Shown in pieces: positions 62,179 through 64,000 of a stretch of 64,000 nucleotides of DNA. This DNA comes from Minisyncoccia bacterium (GTDB lineage Bacteria > Patescibacteriota > Minisyncoccia > Phycocordibacterales > Zambryskibacteraceae). Under the pieces are notes generated by a model. It was not told the origin of the DNA. It did no database searches and saw only the letters and a program-made list of their open reading frames with translations. The stretch spans positions 38,079 through 102,078 of the forward strand of contig JBGTNQ010000010.1 in NCBI GenBank assembly GCA_041742965.1. Reading direction: 5' to 3'. Made by a program: the position numbers and the translations under genes. Each line of letters begins with the position of its first letter. Position 1 is the first letter of the stretch.

Positions 62179-62748
62179 CTATTGCTCTGCGTCTGTTATC
62201 TGTTCGTCTGTGTTTTTGGCTGTAAGAAAAATTTCTAGTTCCTTTTTCATTGATTCGAATTCTGGCATTTCTTCCGCTTTCTCTATTCCAACGTGAGCAA
62301 GTAGTTCTATTGTTGGCTTGTATATAAAACCTCTTTCTCCCTTCTCTTCTTCTCTGCACACTAGCCCTCTAATTAATAGGTTTCTTAAAATAAATCCAGA
62401 ATTTACTCCACGAATATAATCGATTTCTCTTTTACTCGCCTGTCCTTTATAGAAAATTATAGCTAATGTTTCGAGGCTCGCTTTTCCAAGGTCTTTGCTC
62501 AGCTCTTCTTTGTTTATTTTTTCAATAATTGAGCTAACTTCCGGATTAGTTCCTAGAGAAACTTCATCGCGATTTTCTACAATGACGACACCTCCGTCAG
62601 AAAGTCTTTGTTTTAGCTTTAAAATAGCATCTTTTACTTCCTCCACACTGCTTTCAGTATATTCTGCAAGTTTTTTAAGACTCGATGGTTCTCCTTGGAA
62701 AAAGAGTATTGCTTCAATTTTGATATCTAGGGAGGTTTTCATGGCCAA
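62179..62748 (-). CDS. scpB: Segregation and condensation protein B
   Basis: Tandem winged helix: EAILFFQGEPSS..., LETLAIIFYKGQASKREIDYIRGV. Confidence 0.85.
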   Translation of the reverse strand: MAMKTSLDIKIEAILFFQGEPSSLKKLAEYTESSVEEVKDAILKLKQRLSDGGVVIVENRDEVSLGTNPEVSSIIEKINKEELSKDLGKASLETLAIIFYKGQASKREIDYIRGVNSGFILRNLLIRGLVCREEEKGERGFIYKPTIELLAHVGIEKAEEMPEFESMKKELEIFLTAKNTDEQITDAEQ

Positions 62749-62774
62749 GTTACTTTATCAGATTTAATAGATAA

Positions 62775-63548
62775 TTAAAAATAATTTGGAGTTTTAACGT
62801 TTTTTGTTTCAATAGAGATATCATCACTAAAATTATCCTGATTGACCTCCACTATTCCCTGCTTGACCAATTCAAGCATAGCCAAAAAGCTGACGATTAC
62901 CATTATCTTGTTTTCTTTAGTAACCATATGCTTTACCCCACTTGATGTTATTTTTTCGTGACTGCCAGCAAAATCACTGAAATTCAGTTTTAGATTATTT
63001 TGAATTTTTTCAGTTAGTTTATCTATCATTTCCTCCAAACTCATCATTTTTTTAACCGTTATCTGTGGCAAAACTTCTTTTTGAGGCAAAGAGCTTATCA
63101 CTTCTTTCATTGAGCTTAGAAGTGATTCCTTTGTCATCCCTTTGTTTGGAGAAAATATAATACTAATTCTTTTTGGTGGATTTGCCAAAAAGATTACTTT
63201 TTTTCCATATCTTTTTTGTATGTGCAGAGAGGCATCTCTTATTTTTTTGTATATAGCGAGTCTGGCTTCGAGATTTTCTATACTCCCCTCTTCTTCGGCA
63301 GTTAGTTCGATTCCTGGAAGCAAGGACTTTGATTTTATGAGTAGGAGGGTGGAGGCTATAAGTATAAAGTGTGCTGTAGTCCCCATTGGAAAACTCCCTA
63401 GTTTTTTTACATGTTCTATAAAATCATCAGCTACTCTTGATAGTGATATGTCGTTAATGAGAAGTTTCCTTCTCTCTATTAAAGTAAGTAAGAGCTCCAG
63501 GGGGCCCTCGAATATTTCTGTCTTTATTTTGAATTCAGTTTCGGACAT
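62775..63548 (-). CDS. scpA: Segregation and condensation protein A
   Basis: FEGPLELLLTLIERRKLLINDISL... kleisin N-terminus. Confidence 0.85.
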   Translation of the reverse strand: MSETEFKIKTEIFEGPLELLLTLIERRKLLINDISLSRVADDFIEHVKKLGSFPMGTTAHFILIASTLLLIKSKSLLPGIELTAEEEGSIENLEARLAIYKKIRDASLHIQKRYGKKVIFLANPPKRISIIFSPNKGMTKESLLSSMKEVISSLPQKEVLPQITVKKMMSLEEMIDKLTEKIQNNLKLNFSDFAGSHEKITSSGVKHMVTKENKIMVIVSFLAMLELVKQGIVEVNQDNFSDDISIETKNVKTPNYF

Positions 63549-63557
63549 TGCTATACC

Positions 63558-64000
63558 CTAGAAGCCTTCGCTATTTAATTTTTCATCAATTCTATTCATA
63601 TCCCTTGGAAAAATTGTGGCTTCACGAATATTTTTAAGTTCTAGTATTTGCATTGTTATGCGCTCTGCACCTAATGCGAATCCACCCTCTGGTGGAACTC
63701 CATATTTAAAAGCTTCAAGAAACATCTCTATCTTCTTGGGGTCCATATTCCAAGTTTTTACTTGTTCTAAAAGTTGTCTATAGTCGTTGACTCGCCTTCC
63801 ACCAGAAAGCCACTCAACTCCCCGACATATCAAATCCATTCCTTCGTTAAATTCAGGATCTTCCGGGTTTGGATATACATAAAATGGCTTCTTACGACTT
63901 GGGTAGCCATATATAAAGACAAAATCAGATCCAGTCTCTTTTTTTATAATTTCACATATTTCTCTTTCATCTTGTGGATTTGTGTCTTTTTCACCACGCA
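63558..64000 (-). CDS. aspS: Aspartate--tRNA ligase (archaeal/eukaryal-like class IIb), C-terminal part; N-terminus beyond the window edge
   Basis: The reading frame is open to the window edge. Motif 3 region GGFALGAERITMQILELKNIREATIFPRD. Confidence 0.7.
   Translation of the reverse strand, partial: RGEKDTNPQDEREICEIIKKETGSDFVFIYGYPSRKKPFYVYPNPEDPEFNEGMDLICRGVEWLSGGRRVNDYRQLLEQVKTWNMDPKKIEMFLEAFKYGVPPEGGFALGAERITMQILELKNIREATIFPRDMNRIDEKLNSEGF

Noticed and set aside
1-64000. CRISPR arrays, rRNA genes, transposases/IS elements, prophage structural genes
   Set aside because: No regularly spaced direct repeats, no rRNA-like conserved blocks, and no DDE, serine or tyrosine recombinase motifs were seen. 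The repeats present are hairpins or palindromes, not CRISPR-like.

Overview
This 64-kb window is AT-rich chromosomal DNA dominated by core housekeeping genes of a small-genome bacterium. The gene repertoire and the near absence of Shine-Dalgarno sequences on native genes fit a Candidate Phyla Radiation/Patescibacteria-like lineage; that assignment is inference from gene content only. Recognisable native genes are def-fmt, hpf, frr, rseP, proS, two mreB paralogs with mreC-mreD-mrdA, greA, lysS, a partial dcw cluster mraZ-rsmH-ftsL-ftsI-murF on the + strand and dacA-like-mraY-ftsW-murG on the - strand, rmuC, rplU, recR, dnaB, cysS, corA, ctpA, rplI, rpmA, a MacAB-like ABC efflux trio, trhO, a VKOR/DsbA pair, lexA with a Cheo-type SOS box, a response regulator plus histidine kinase next to a roughly 1000-aa GLUG-repeat surface protein, an M23 peptidase, gltX, scpA/scpB, a partial aspS, tRNA-Asn and tRNA-Glu. 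The most unusual signal is a second population of about 13 small, compositionally GC-rich ORFs. Unlike the native genes, each carries a canonical AGGAGG-type ribosome-binding site and its own rho-independent terminator. They are scattered between housekeeping operons and concentrated in a roughly 4-kb island immediately downstream of tRNA-Glu (27.2-31.4 kb). That island is punctuated by three copies of a long hairpin/palindrome family: a conserved core ACTTGGAAA-CNSAG-TTTCCAAGT flanked by stem extensions that differ between copies yet stay self-complementary. Further repeat families include a 19-bp-stem terminator hairpin present twice with compensatory changes, an ~80-bp intergenic element duplicated either side of murF, a strand-biased purine-rich GAATGACGAATAAGG motif family, and an AGCTATAAGCT palindromic promoter-like motif. 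Several GC-rich non-coding stretches may be structured RNAs, but I could not assign them to RNase P RNA, tmRNA or SRP RNA by eye. No CRISPR array, rRNA or transposase was found.
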